This document shows positions 18,685-26,790 of a stretch of DNA of 64,000 bases, piece after piece (within the stretch, counting starts at the first letter, position 1; each line of letters begins with the position of its first letter). The notes under the pieces are model-generated. The model searched no databases. It saw nothing but the letters and a program-made list of their open reading frames with translations, and had not been told where the DNA came from. Source of the DNA: Bacteroidota bacterium (GTDB lineage Bacteria > Bacteroidota > Bacteroidia > JADZBD01). The stretch covers positions 13,793-77,792 of the forward strand of contig JBFLYZ010000008.1 of assembly GCA_040756415.1 (NCBI GenBank). Direction: 5' to 3'. A program made the translations under genes and the position numbers.

Positions 18685-19896
18685 TTGAATTTAGCAGCCT
18701 TCATAGCCAGGCGTTACCTCGTTTCGAAGAAATCGTACAACGCCATCAATATCATTTCCATTATTTCGGTAGTGGGGATTGCCGTGGGTACCATGGCGCT
18801 GGTGATCGTGCTCTCCGCGCTGAACGGAATTACCGGGCTGGTGTTTTCGCTGTATAACGTTTTCGATCCGGATGTGAAAATCCTTCCGAAAGAAGGAAAA
18901 GTAGTGGCGGTGAGCGGGCAGATGATCTCCGCGCTGGAGGGATATAACTATTCTTTCGTGATGGAGGAGAAGGCCCTGCTGCGGCATGGCGATAAACAGA
19001 CCATTGCCACGATCAAAGGGGTGGATGAGAACTTTGTGAAGCTGGCGCGCTTCGATACGGTGGTCTATCCCGGCAGTTTCAGGCTGGAGTCCGACAGCGT
19101 GACCTATTCCGTGCTGGGCTGCGGCATAGCCGATAAGCTGGGCATTTATGTTGGCGAAGGCGGGAGCTTCAGCATGCCCCTGCAGATCTATTTTCCGAAA
19201 AAGGAAAATACCGCTGTGCTGAACCCGGAAGACGCTTTCAGCACGGGTATTGTCTACCCTTCCGGAACCTTCTCCCTCAATGACGATTTTGATTTTACCT
19301 ATGTGTTGCTGCCCCTCGATTATGTGAGGGAGCTCCTGCAGGCAGGCGAAAAGGAGGTGAGTGCGGTGGAGATCACGGCTCCGGCCGGGAAAACGCCCGA
19401 TGAGCTGGCTGAGGACCTGAAGCAAAAACTGGGCGATGGCTTTAAGGTGAAAACCCGCTACGAACTGAACGAAGTGTTGTTCCGCACCATGAAGTCAGAA
19501 AAGTGGTGGACCTTCCTGATCCTTGCCTTTATCCTGGTCATCGGCACCTTCAACGTGATCGGCTCGCTCACCATGCTGATCATTGAGAAGAAAAAGGATA
19601 TTGGCATTCTCAGCACCATGGGGGCAGACGAAAGCCTTATCCGGAAGATATTTATGACCGAGGGTTTTTACATCACGCTCATCGGTGCGGTGGCCGGGCT
19701 GGCCCTGGGCCTGCTGATCTGTTTCTTGCAGATACGCTTCAAGCTGGTTCCGTTCAACGAGGGATTTGTGATCGATGCCTATCCCATTACCATTATACCC
19801 ATGGATATCCTGTACATTTTCCTTACTGTAATGGCCATCGGATTTTTCGCCTCCTGGTACCCTGTGCGGCTCTTTACCCGCAGGTATTTCGGCTGA
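18685..19896 (+). CDS. Lipoprotein-releasing system permease (LolC/LolE, FtsX family)
   Basis: 403 aa. N-terminal TM, a large periplasmic domain, then three C-terminal TM helices of the FtsX type (…GILSTMGADESLIRKIFMTEG…). Confidence 0.85.
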   Translation: MNLAAFIARRYLVSKKSYNAINIISIISVVGIAVGTMALVIVLSALNGITGLVFSLYNVFDPDVKILPKEGKVVAVSGQMISALEGYNYSFVMEEKALLRHGDKQTIATIKGVDENFVKLARFDTVVYPGSFRLESDSVTYSVLGCGIADKLGIYVGEGGSFSMPLQIYFPKKENTAVLNPEDAFSTGIVYPSGTFSLNDDFDFTYVLLPLDYVRELLQAGEKEVSAVEITAPAGKTPDELAEDLKQKLGDGFKVKTRYELNEVLFRTMKSEKWWTFLILAFILVIGTFNVIGSLTMLIIEKKKDIGILSTMGADESLIRKIFMTEGFYITLIGAVAGLALGLLICFLQIRFKLVPFNEGFVIDAYPITIIPMDILYIFLTVMAIGFFASWYPVRLFTRRYFG

Positions 19897-19938
19897 AACT
19901 GATATAATTCAGCCCGCATTGTAATTATAAAAGTAATT

Positions 19939-21603
19939 TTGCCCCCTATGTTCGTTCCTAAGCTCTTTGTTACGCTCAGGGGTTACGGTAAGGAGCAGTT
20001 TTACAGGGACCTGATCGCGGGTATCGTTGTAGGAATTGTGGCTCTTCCCCTTTGCATCGCTTTTGCCATCGCATCGGGGGTGTCGCCAGAAAGAGGCCTG
20101 ATCACCGGTATCATCGGGGGTTTTATCATTTCCTTCCTGGGAGGGAGCAGAGTGCAGATCGGTGGCCCTACCGGTGCTTTTATCGTCATTATTTACGGCA
20201 TAGTTCAGGAGTACGGAATAGACGGGCTGATCTACGCCACATTTATGGCCGGTATCCTGCTGCTGATCATGGGCTTTGCACGCATGGGCTCCGTGATCAA
20301 GTTCATTCCCCATCCGCTGATCGTGGGATTTACCAGCGGCATAGCGCTGATCATTTTTTCTTCGCAGGTCAAGGATTTTTTCGGTTTGCAGATGGGTACG
20401 GTACCTGCCGATTTCCTGCAGAAGTGGGGCGCGTACCTTGCCCATTTTTCTTCGGTCAATAAATGGGCGGTGCTGATCGCGGCCGGAACCGTGCTGGTTT
20501 CCGTGCTGTTCTCCAGGATAACAAAAAAGATCCCCGGCTCGCTGGTCGCTATTCTGCTGTCGTCCCTTGCCGTGCACTATTTCCAGATCAACGTGGATAC
20601 CATCGGTTCGCGGTTCGGTGAGATACCATCGCAGTTTCCCGCCCCGCGATTCCCCGAGTTCAATTTTTCCACTATACAGGAGCTCATATCGCCCGCTTTT
20701 GCCATTGCCTTATTGGGAGGCATTGAGTCTTTGCTTTCAGCGGTAGTGGCTGATGGCATGATAGGCGGTAACCACAAATCCAATATGGAGCTGGTGGCGC
20801 AGGGTGCCGCCAATATTTTTTCTGCCCTTTTCGGAGGCATACCGGCTACCGGTGCGCTGGCCCGTACGGCAACAAACGTAAAGAGCGGTGGAAGAACGCC
20901 TGTAGCCGGCATGATACACGCTGCCATATTGTTGCTTATTATGCTGTTCGTGGGAAGCTGGGCGAAACTCATCCCGCTTAGCTGCCTGGCAGGCATCCTT
21001 GTGGTGGTAGCGTATAACATGAGCGAATGGCGATCTTTTATCGCGGTCAGCCGTACATCCAAAAGCGATGCCGCGGTATTGCTGGCCACCTTTTTACTTA
21101 CGCTGTTTGCCGATCTTACCGTAGCCATCGAGATCGGAATGGTGCTGGCCGCTTTCCTGTTTATGCGCAGAATGACCCAGATCAGCAAGGTGGATCTGGT
21201 GACGCGGGAGATCAATGAGGCGGATGATGAAAAGGCCATCAGCCGTTACAAAGTGCCGGAAGGGGTGGAGGTGTTCGAAGTGACCGGCCCCATGTTTTTC
21301 GGTGCGGCCTACAAGTTCAAGGAAGCGCTTAAGCTGCTGCGCAGGCCCCCCCTTGTCCTTATTATACGTATGCGCTCTGTGCCCCTGGTCGATGAGACCG
21401 GATTGCATACGCTGGAAGAGGTGTTCAGGCAGGCAAAGGCCCAGGGCACCCGCCTGGTCCTTTCCGGTGTTCAGGGTGATATCCTTCAGCAGCTATCCCG
21501 TTCCGAACTGTATGCCCTGGTCGGAGCCGAGAACATCTGCCCCGATATAGATGCAGCCCTGGAAAGGGCCCGCCAGGCAATGAATAGCAGCGGGGGGCCT
21601 TAA
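19939..21603 (+). CDS. SulP-family inorganic anion (sulfate) permease with C-terminal STAS domain
   Basis: 554 aa. About 11 TM helices. SulP signature region (…GIIGGFIISFLGGSRVQIGGPTGAF…). C-terminal STAS (…VFEVTGPMFFGAAYKFKEAL…). Confidence 0.9.
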   Translation: MPPMFVPKLFVTLRGYGKEQFYRDLIAGIVVGIVALPLCIAFAIASGVSPERGLITGIIGGFIISFLGGSRVQIGGPTGAFIVIIYGIVQEYGIDGLIYATFMAGILLLIMGFARMGSVIKFIPHPLIVGFTSGIALIIFSSQVKDFFGLQMGTVPADFLQKWGAYLAHFSSVNKWAVLIAAGTVLVSVLFSRITKKIPGSLVAILLSSLAVHYFQINVDTIGSRFGEIPSQFPAPRFPEFNFSTIQELISPAFAIALLGGIESLLSAVVADGMIGGNHKSNMELVAQGAANIFSALFGGIPATGALARTATNVKSGGRTPVAGMIHAAILLLIMLFVGSWAKLIPLSCLAGILVVVAYNMSEWRSFIAVSRTSKSDAAVLLATFLLTLFADLTVAIEIGMVLAAFLFMRRMTQISKVDLVTREINEADDEKAISRYKVPEGVEVFEVTGPMFFGAAYKFKEALKLLRRPPLVLIIRMRSVPLVDETGLHTLEEVFRQAKAQGTRLVLSGVQGDILQQLSRSELYALVGAENICPDIDAALERARQAMNSSGGP

Positions 21604-21668
21604 AATGCGATTTTGCGTCTACAGCGTTTCACTTTTTTTGACTTAAGTTTGCACCGTGTGTGATAAGT

Positions 21669-21715
21669 GCCCCGGCCGGCTAAGCATAGGATAGTTTGCC
21701 GGGGCTATTTTTTGC
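21669..21715 (+). terminator. Intrinsic terminator after the SulP gene
   Basis: GCCCCGGC…GCCGGGGC stem followed by TATTTTTT. Confidence 0.7.
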
Positions 21716-21834
21716 CCTCTTCCTGAAAAAATATAATTCTTCTTCCGCGGGCTTTACCGATTCTTTGTCAGCGTCTGCCGAATTTTCCTGGGTTTTTCTG
21801 CTTTTAGGCCTACATTAATTGCGCACTGAGCACA

Positions 21835-22221
21835 ATGGAGCCGCCTGTAAATACAGCGCTGTACGAAACAGCTTTATCAGTTTGTTGGTTCGACCGTGAC
21901 GGCATACTCTGCTGCCTGCCGAAGGGTGTGGCGCTGGACCGCGACACGGTAAAAGGATCGCAGCAAACGCTGCTAGAACTGATCAACGACCGCAAAGTAT
22001 GCGTACTGATGGATGTTACCCATGCCTGGCCCCTGGATGTGCAGCAGCAGGGATATGTTATTCCGGGAATGAGCGCGTATAAGGCCCTGGCCCTGGTCTC
22101 CGGCTCCCCACTGGGAAGAAAGGCCATCGACCGGTTCATCCGGTCGAATGATCAGGGCAGCCCGGTCAAAATGTTCCCGAGCGAGAAAGAGGCCCGGCAG
22201 TGGCTTAAGCAGTATTTATAG
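21835..22221 (+). CDS. Hypothetical small cytoplasmic protein (possible STAS/SpoIIAA-like fold)
   Basis: 128 aa, no signal peptide, mixed alpha/beta composition. The STAS-like assignment is a guess from its size and its position after a STAS-containing transporter. Confidence 0.4.
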   Translation: MEPPVNTALYETALSVCWFDRDGILCCLPKGVALDRDTVKGSQQTLLELINDRKVCVLMDVTHAWPLDVQQQGYVIPGMSAYKALALVSGSPLGRKAIDRFIRSNDQGSPVKMFPSEKEARQWLKQYL

Positions 22222-22235
22222 GCTGATAAAAACAA

Positions 22236-22268
22236 AAACGGGACCCCACGGGGTCCCGTTTTTTTGTT
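22236..22268. terminator. Strong bidirectional intrinsic terminator
   Basis: aaaaaCGGGACCCCacgGGGGTCCCGttttttt, between two convergent genes. Confidence 0.9.
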
Positions 22269-22279
22269 CAGGAATTTTT

Positions 22280-22720
22280 TTATTTATCCGGTTTGAAACC
22301 TATCATCACGCTCACGCATCCGCTGGGTACGATCTGGTTATCCGCATCGGTCTTGGGCACTTCCACCTCAATGGTGATCTGCTGCGTGGTCTCTGCTTTA
22401 AAGTCCCAGATATTGGTATCGTCATGCGCCTTGCTGTCGAAGAGCAGGTTGCCGCTGGCATCCTTCAGCCTGAAGCTTACGGTGCCCAGCACCGGCTGAG
22501 AGCATACCAGCACGCGGTAGGTTTGCCCGCTGTAAAAAGTAAGGTTCATTTCCGCCTTATCGCCCGCAAGGAGGGCGGCCGTATTGCTAGTGCCGTTGCT
22601 TACAAAAGGCGTAAGCATGGGAAGACAGGTCTTTTTTACAAAACCTTTGCATTGCGCATATACCGATAAAGGGATATTCACTATGCCTGCAAGCATGAGA
22701 ACAATGATCAGCTTTTTCAT
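22280..22720 (-). CDS. Hypothetical secreted protein (146 aa, 4 Cys)
   Basis: Signal peptide MKKLIIVLMLAGIVNIPLSVYAQ. No recognisable motif. Confidence 0.55.
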   Translation of the reverse strand: MKKLIIVLMLAGIVNIPLSVYAQCKGFVKKTCLPMLTPFVSNGTSNTAALLAGDKAEMNLTFYSGQTYRVLVCSQPVLGTVSFRLKDASGNLLFDSKAHDDTNIWDFKAETTQQITIEVEVPKTDADNQIVPSGCVSVMIGFKPDK

Positions 22721-22843
22721 GATGGGGTGGTTATTGGACCTGTTTTTACGTTTTCTCGCAGCAAAAGTTGCGTTTTCAACAACTTTTAAACAAAGCCTGT
22801 GCCATACTTGGCCTGTGTGGAAGACCTACTAATACGCTAACAA

Positions 22844-23743
22844 TCAGGGTTTTATTATTCTATTGCGCAGGCTTGCCGCTTTATCCGTGATCTGGGCCAA
22901 CTGCTCGGGCGTCAGGGTCATCTGGTTGCCTCCGCCAAGGGTGGTGATCTTGTTCTTTTCGTCCGTGCTCTTTACCTCTGCCGTTTTATTATCGCCCACG
23001 CCATCGTAAACCGCCTTTATGCCTTTCAGGTCCTCGATGAGCTGAGGCACGCCTTCTGTATCTTTGTTCTCTTCCAGCAGGGCGATCAGGTTTTCAAGCG
23101 AGCCTTTGAGCTCGGCTATGCGTTTCACGATCTCCGCGTTGTTCTTGGAGGTCTGGCAAAGCTGCGTACCTATATATAAGGCTTCGATCCAGCCACCGGC
23201 CACCACCAGGGCCGAAACACCGCTTCTTCCGCCTTCGCTCAGCAGGTCATCCGTATTATTATAGGTATCTGTTACGATGTTGAGCATGGAATCGCTGTTG
23301 CCCTTATTGTCGTTCATCCGGTTGATGGTCTGGTCATCAAAGGCGCTGCCGGCACCAATGCCGCCCGCAAGGGCCTGGGCGCACTGTATGTACAACATGC
23401 TTTCCTGGGTCTGGTCGAAAATGCTGGCATAGCTCAGGTCGGCACCGTAAACACCCAGGTTGAGGGCCTTGGCGGTGGTGCTTACATACTTGGATTTATT
23501 GTTCACGTCATTCAGCAGTTTGAAATCATAGCTGGCTCCGGCCTGCTTGATGAGCGAGGTGAGCTCGGCAGGCGAAGGGATAGACTTAAACACCAGCGAG
23601 GCGTTCTTCCTGCTGTTATCCTGGCTGACGGTGGCGGTATCGTCACCGCTGCCGTCATTGTTTTCGGTACCCGAGCCGCATGAGGTGAGGACGGTGGCGC
23701 TTACGGCAAGCCCGAGGAGAAGGATAAAGGATCTTTTATTCAT
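22844..23743 (-). CDS. Hypothetical lipoprotein
   Basis: Lipobox VLTSCGS. Asn/Asp/Gly-rich mature region. It is preceded by a TATCTTTG box and a tandem TAGTNNG element. Confidence 0.6.
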   Translation of the reverse strand: MNKRSFILLLGLAVSATVLTSCGSGTENNDGSGDDTATVSQDNSRKNASLVFKSIPSPAELTSLIKQAGASYDFKLLNDVNNKSKYVSTTAKALNLGVYGADLSYASIFDQTQESMLYIQCAQALAGGIGAGSAFDDQTINRMNDNKGNSDSMLNIVTDTYNNTDDLLSEGGRSGVSALVVAGGWIEALYIGTQLCQTSKNNAEIVKRIAELKGSLENLIALLEENKDTEGVPQLIEDLKGIKAVYDGVGDNKTAEVKSTDEKNKITTLGGGNQMTLTPEQLAQITDKAASLRNRIIKP

Positions 23744-23768
23744 GTGTGAACGGTTTGTTTAGATGCAG

Positions 23769-23818
23769 CCAAAGATAGAAAAATAGTTTGTAGTCTGTAG
23801 TGGGTAGTGTGTAGTGCA
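23769..23818 (-). promoter_or_regulatory. Promoter with TATCTTTG box plus five tandem TAGTNNG heptads
   Basis: On the + strand: CAAAGATAGAAAAATAG TTTGTAG TCTGTAG TGGGTAG TGTGTAG TGCA. It shares about 26 nt of near-identity with the element at 16079..16108. Confidence 0.5.
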
Positions 23819-23837
23819 GCACCTGCTACCTACCCGT

Positions 23838-26660
23838 TCAGTGCGCCTCCAGCCAGTTTCTGCCGGTTCCTATTCCCACCTCCATGGGCACGCTCATGGG
23901 AATAGCGTGCTTCATGCGTTCTTCGATGATGGGTTTTACCGCATCGATCTCGTCTGTATGCACATCAAAAACCAGTTCGTCATGCACCTGCAGCAGCATC
24001 CTCGATCTCATTTTCTTTGCGGCCAGGTCCCTGTGGATATGGATCATGGCCACCTTGATCATATCGGCCGCGCTGCCCTGAATGGGCGCGTTGATGGCGT
24101 TGCGCTCGGCAAAGCTGCGAACGGTGTGGTTGGCCGAATTGATGTCGCGCAGGTTCCTTCTTCTTCCCAATATGGTTTCCACATAGCCCCTTTTCCTGGC
24201 CTTTTCAATGCTTTCGTCCATATAATCCTTAATGCGCGAGTATTTCTGAAAATAGTTCTCGATGATGGAGGCGGCCTCTTTGCGCGGTATGTTCAGGCGC
24301 TCGGCCAGGCCGAATGCGGAAATGCCGTAGATGATGCCGAAGTTGACCATTTTGGCGTTTCGCCTCATGTCGCTGGTCACCTGGTCGAGGGCAACGCCAT
24401 ACACCTTGGCGGCCGTGGCGGCATGGATGTCCTGCCCGCTCTGAAAGGCTTCGATCATAGCGGGGTCCTTGCTCAGCTCGGCCATGATACGCAGCTCGAT
24501 CTGCGAATAGTCGGCCGAGAGCAGCACGAAATTCTCATCGCGCGGAATGAAAGCTTTGCGGATCTCCCTTCCTTTATCGGTACGTATGGGAATGTTCTGC
24601 AGGTTGGGATTATCGGAGCTCAGCCTTCCGGTAACGGCCACCACCTGGTTATAGGTGGTATGTATGCGGCCCGTTTTGGGATTCACCAGCTCGGGCAGCG
24701 TATCCACATAGGTGTTCTTGAGCTTGACCAGCTCGCGGTAATCGAGTATCTTCGGAACAATGGGATGCTTGTTCACCAGTTTGGCCAGTATATCTTCGCT
24801 GGTGGCGTACTGCCCGGTCTTGGTCTTCTTCACGTTGTCAGATATTTTCAGCACTTCGAACAGGATGACGCCTACCTGCCTGGGGGAAGAGGTGTTGAAG
24901 GGCGTACCGGCCAGCTCCTGTATCTCTTTTTCCGTTTTAACGATCTCTTTCTCCAGCCCGGCCGAATAATCTTTCAGCGCGGCAATGTCGAGCCGTATGC
25001 CCTCCATTTCCATAGCGGCCAGCACGGGTACCAGCGGCACCTCCACTTCCTCAAACAGTTTCTTCATGCTGTCTTTGAGCATGGGCGCGAACTTATCCTT
25101 CAACTGCCAGGTCACGTCAGCGTCCTCGGCCGCGTACTCCTTGATCTGCTCCACAGGCACATCACGCATGCTGAGCTGGTTCTTGCCTTTCTTACCGATC
25201 AGCGTTTCGATCGATACGGGGGAGTAGCCCAGGTAGGTTTCGGAAAGCACGTCCATATTGTGGCGCATCTCGGGCTGGATGAGAAAATGCGCGATCATGG
25301 TATCGAACAGGGTGCCTTTCAGCTCCACTCCGTAGGCCTTCAGCACGCTCAGGTCGTACTTGATGTTTTGCCCGGTTTTGGAGATATGCTCGTTTTCAAA
25401 AAAAGGCCTGAACTCGTCCACGATCTGCTGCGCATCCCCGCGATGGGCGGGCACGGGCACATAATACCCCTCATGCGCTTTCCAGGAGAACGACATGCCC
25501 ACCAGCTCTGCATTGTGCGCGTCAAGCCCCGTGGTCTCCGTGTCGAAGGCTACCGCTTTCTGCTTCTGCAGCTCGATCATCAGGTTGGCGCGCTTATCGG
25601 CCGTATCCACCAGCTCGTAGTTATGCGCCACATCGGAGATGGTCTTATAGGTGGTGGTCACCTCTATCTTTTCCTCCACCACCAGGTCGGATGCATGCCC
25701 GAACATGTCCATCTGGCCTTCTACGGTTTTTTCCACCACCACGCTGGGCTGCGCGGCCCCCTGTGCAGCGGTTACGGCCGCCTCTCCCAGTATCTGCTCG
25801 GCAAGCCTGCGGAACTCCAGCTCAGCGAACAGCTCGCGGAGGGCTTCCCGGTTAGGCTCCTCCATTGCCAGCTTATCCTCTTCAAATTCCACCGGCACAT
25901 CGGTCATGATGGTGGCCAGCTTCTTCGACTGGAAGGCGATCTCCCGGTTGTTCTCTACTTTTTCCTTCAGCTTGCCCTTCAGCTTATCGGTATTGGCATA
26001 CAGGTTTTCCATAGACCCGAAGTCCTTCACCAGTTGCATGGCCGTTTTTTCGCCCACGCCCGGTATGCCGGGTATATTATCCACGCTGTCGCCCATCATG
26101 CCCAGTATGTCGATCACCTGGCTCACATTTTTGATCTGCCATTTTTCGCACACCTCCTTTACGCCCAGTATCTCGGCCCCTCCGCCCGCGCGGGCCGGCT
26201 TGTAAATGAAAATGTTTTCTGACACCAGTTGACCGTAATCCTTGTCAGGCGTCATCATGTAGGTAATATAGCCTTTCTCCTCCGCTTTTTTCGCCAGCGT
26301 GCCGATAATGTCGTCAGCCTCATAGCCGTCCGATTCGATGACCGGTATGTTCAGCGCTTCGATCAGGCGCTTGATATACGGAATGGATTTGGCCAGGTCT
26401 TCGGGCATTTCCTCGCGGTGGGCCTTGTAATCCGCAAAATCGGTATGGCGCTGGGTAGGCGCTGCCGTGTCGAACACCACCGCGATGTGGGAGGGTTTTT
26501 CTTTTTTCAGCACCTCCAGCAGCGTATTGGTAAAGCCGAACACGGCCGAGGTGTTCAGCCCCTTGGAATTAACGCGGTGGTTGTTGCTGAAAGCGAAATA
26601 GGCGCGGTAGATAAGCGCGAAGGCGTCCAGTAAGAATAGTTTTTTGCGGTTCTCCGACAT
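23838..26660 (-). CDS. polA: DNA polymerase I
   Basis: 940 aa. N-terminal 5'-3' exonuclease, a 3'-5' exonuclease-like domain, and the polymerase motifs (…DYSQIELRIMAELS…, …RRNAKMVNFGIIYG…, …QVHDELVFD…). Confidence 0.95.
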   Translation of the reverse strand: MSENRKKLFLLDAFALIYRAYFAFSNNHRVNSKGLNTSAVFGFTNTLLEVLKKEKPSHIAVVFDTAAPTQRHTDFADYKAHREEMPEDLAKSIPYIKRLIEALNIPVIESDGYEADDIIGTLAKKAEEKGYITYMMTPDKDYGQLVSENIFIYKPARAGGGAEILGVKEVCEKWQIKNVSQVIDILGMMGDSVDNIPGIPGVGEKTAMQLVKDFGSMENLYANTDKLKGKLKEKVENNREIAFQSKKLATIMTDVPVEFEEDKLAMEEPNREALRELFAELEFRRLAEQILGEAAVTAAQGAAQPSVVVEKTVEGQMDMFGHASDLVVEEKIEVTTTYKTISDVAHNYELVDTADKRANLMIELQKQKAVAFDTETTGLDAHNAELVGMSFSWKAHEGYYVPVPAHRGDAQQIVDEFRPFFENEHISKTGQNIKYDLSVLKAYGVELKGTLFDTMIAHFLIQPEMRHNMDVLSETYLGYSPVSIETLIGKKGKNQLSMRDVPVEQIKEYAAEDADVTWQLKDKFAPMLKDSMKKLFEEVEVPLVPVLAAMEMEGIRLDIAALKDYSAGLEKEIVKTEKEIQELAGTPFNTSSPRQVGVILFEVLKISDNVKKTKTGQYATSEDILAKLVNKHPIVPKILDYRELVKLKNTYVDTLPELVNPKTGRIHTTYNQVVAVTGRLSSDNPNLQNIPIRTDKGREIRKAFIPRDENFVLLSADYSQIELRIMAELSKDPAMIEAFQSGQDIHAATAAKVYGVALDQVTSDMRRNAKMVNFGIIYGISAFGLAERLNIPRKEAASIIENYFQKYSRIKDYMDESIEKARKRGYVETILGRRRNLRDINSANHTVRSFAERNAINAPIQGSAADMIKVAMIHIHRDLAAKKMRSRMLLQVHDELVFDVHTDEIDAVKPIIEERMKHAIPMSVPMEVGIGTGRNWLEAH

Positions 26661-26790
26661 TTTCCCTGAAAAATTTGAACCTTAAAAATACGCATTTTTC
26701 GCCTTGGTTTCGTGTTTTTGGCGCCCGTAAAAAGATTTTTGTAAGAGACAGGTTCAATTTTGTACTTTCGTTGAAACGCTGAATAGCCCT

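Noticed and set aside
23814-26222. 802-aa + strand ORF antisense to polA
   Set aside because: His/Gly/Leu-rich nonsense translation, and polA is unambiguous on the other strand.
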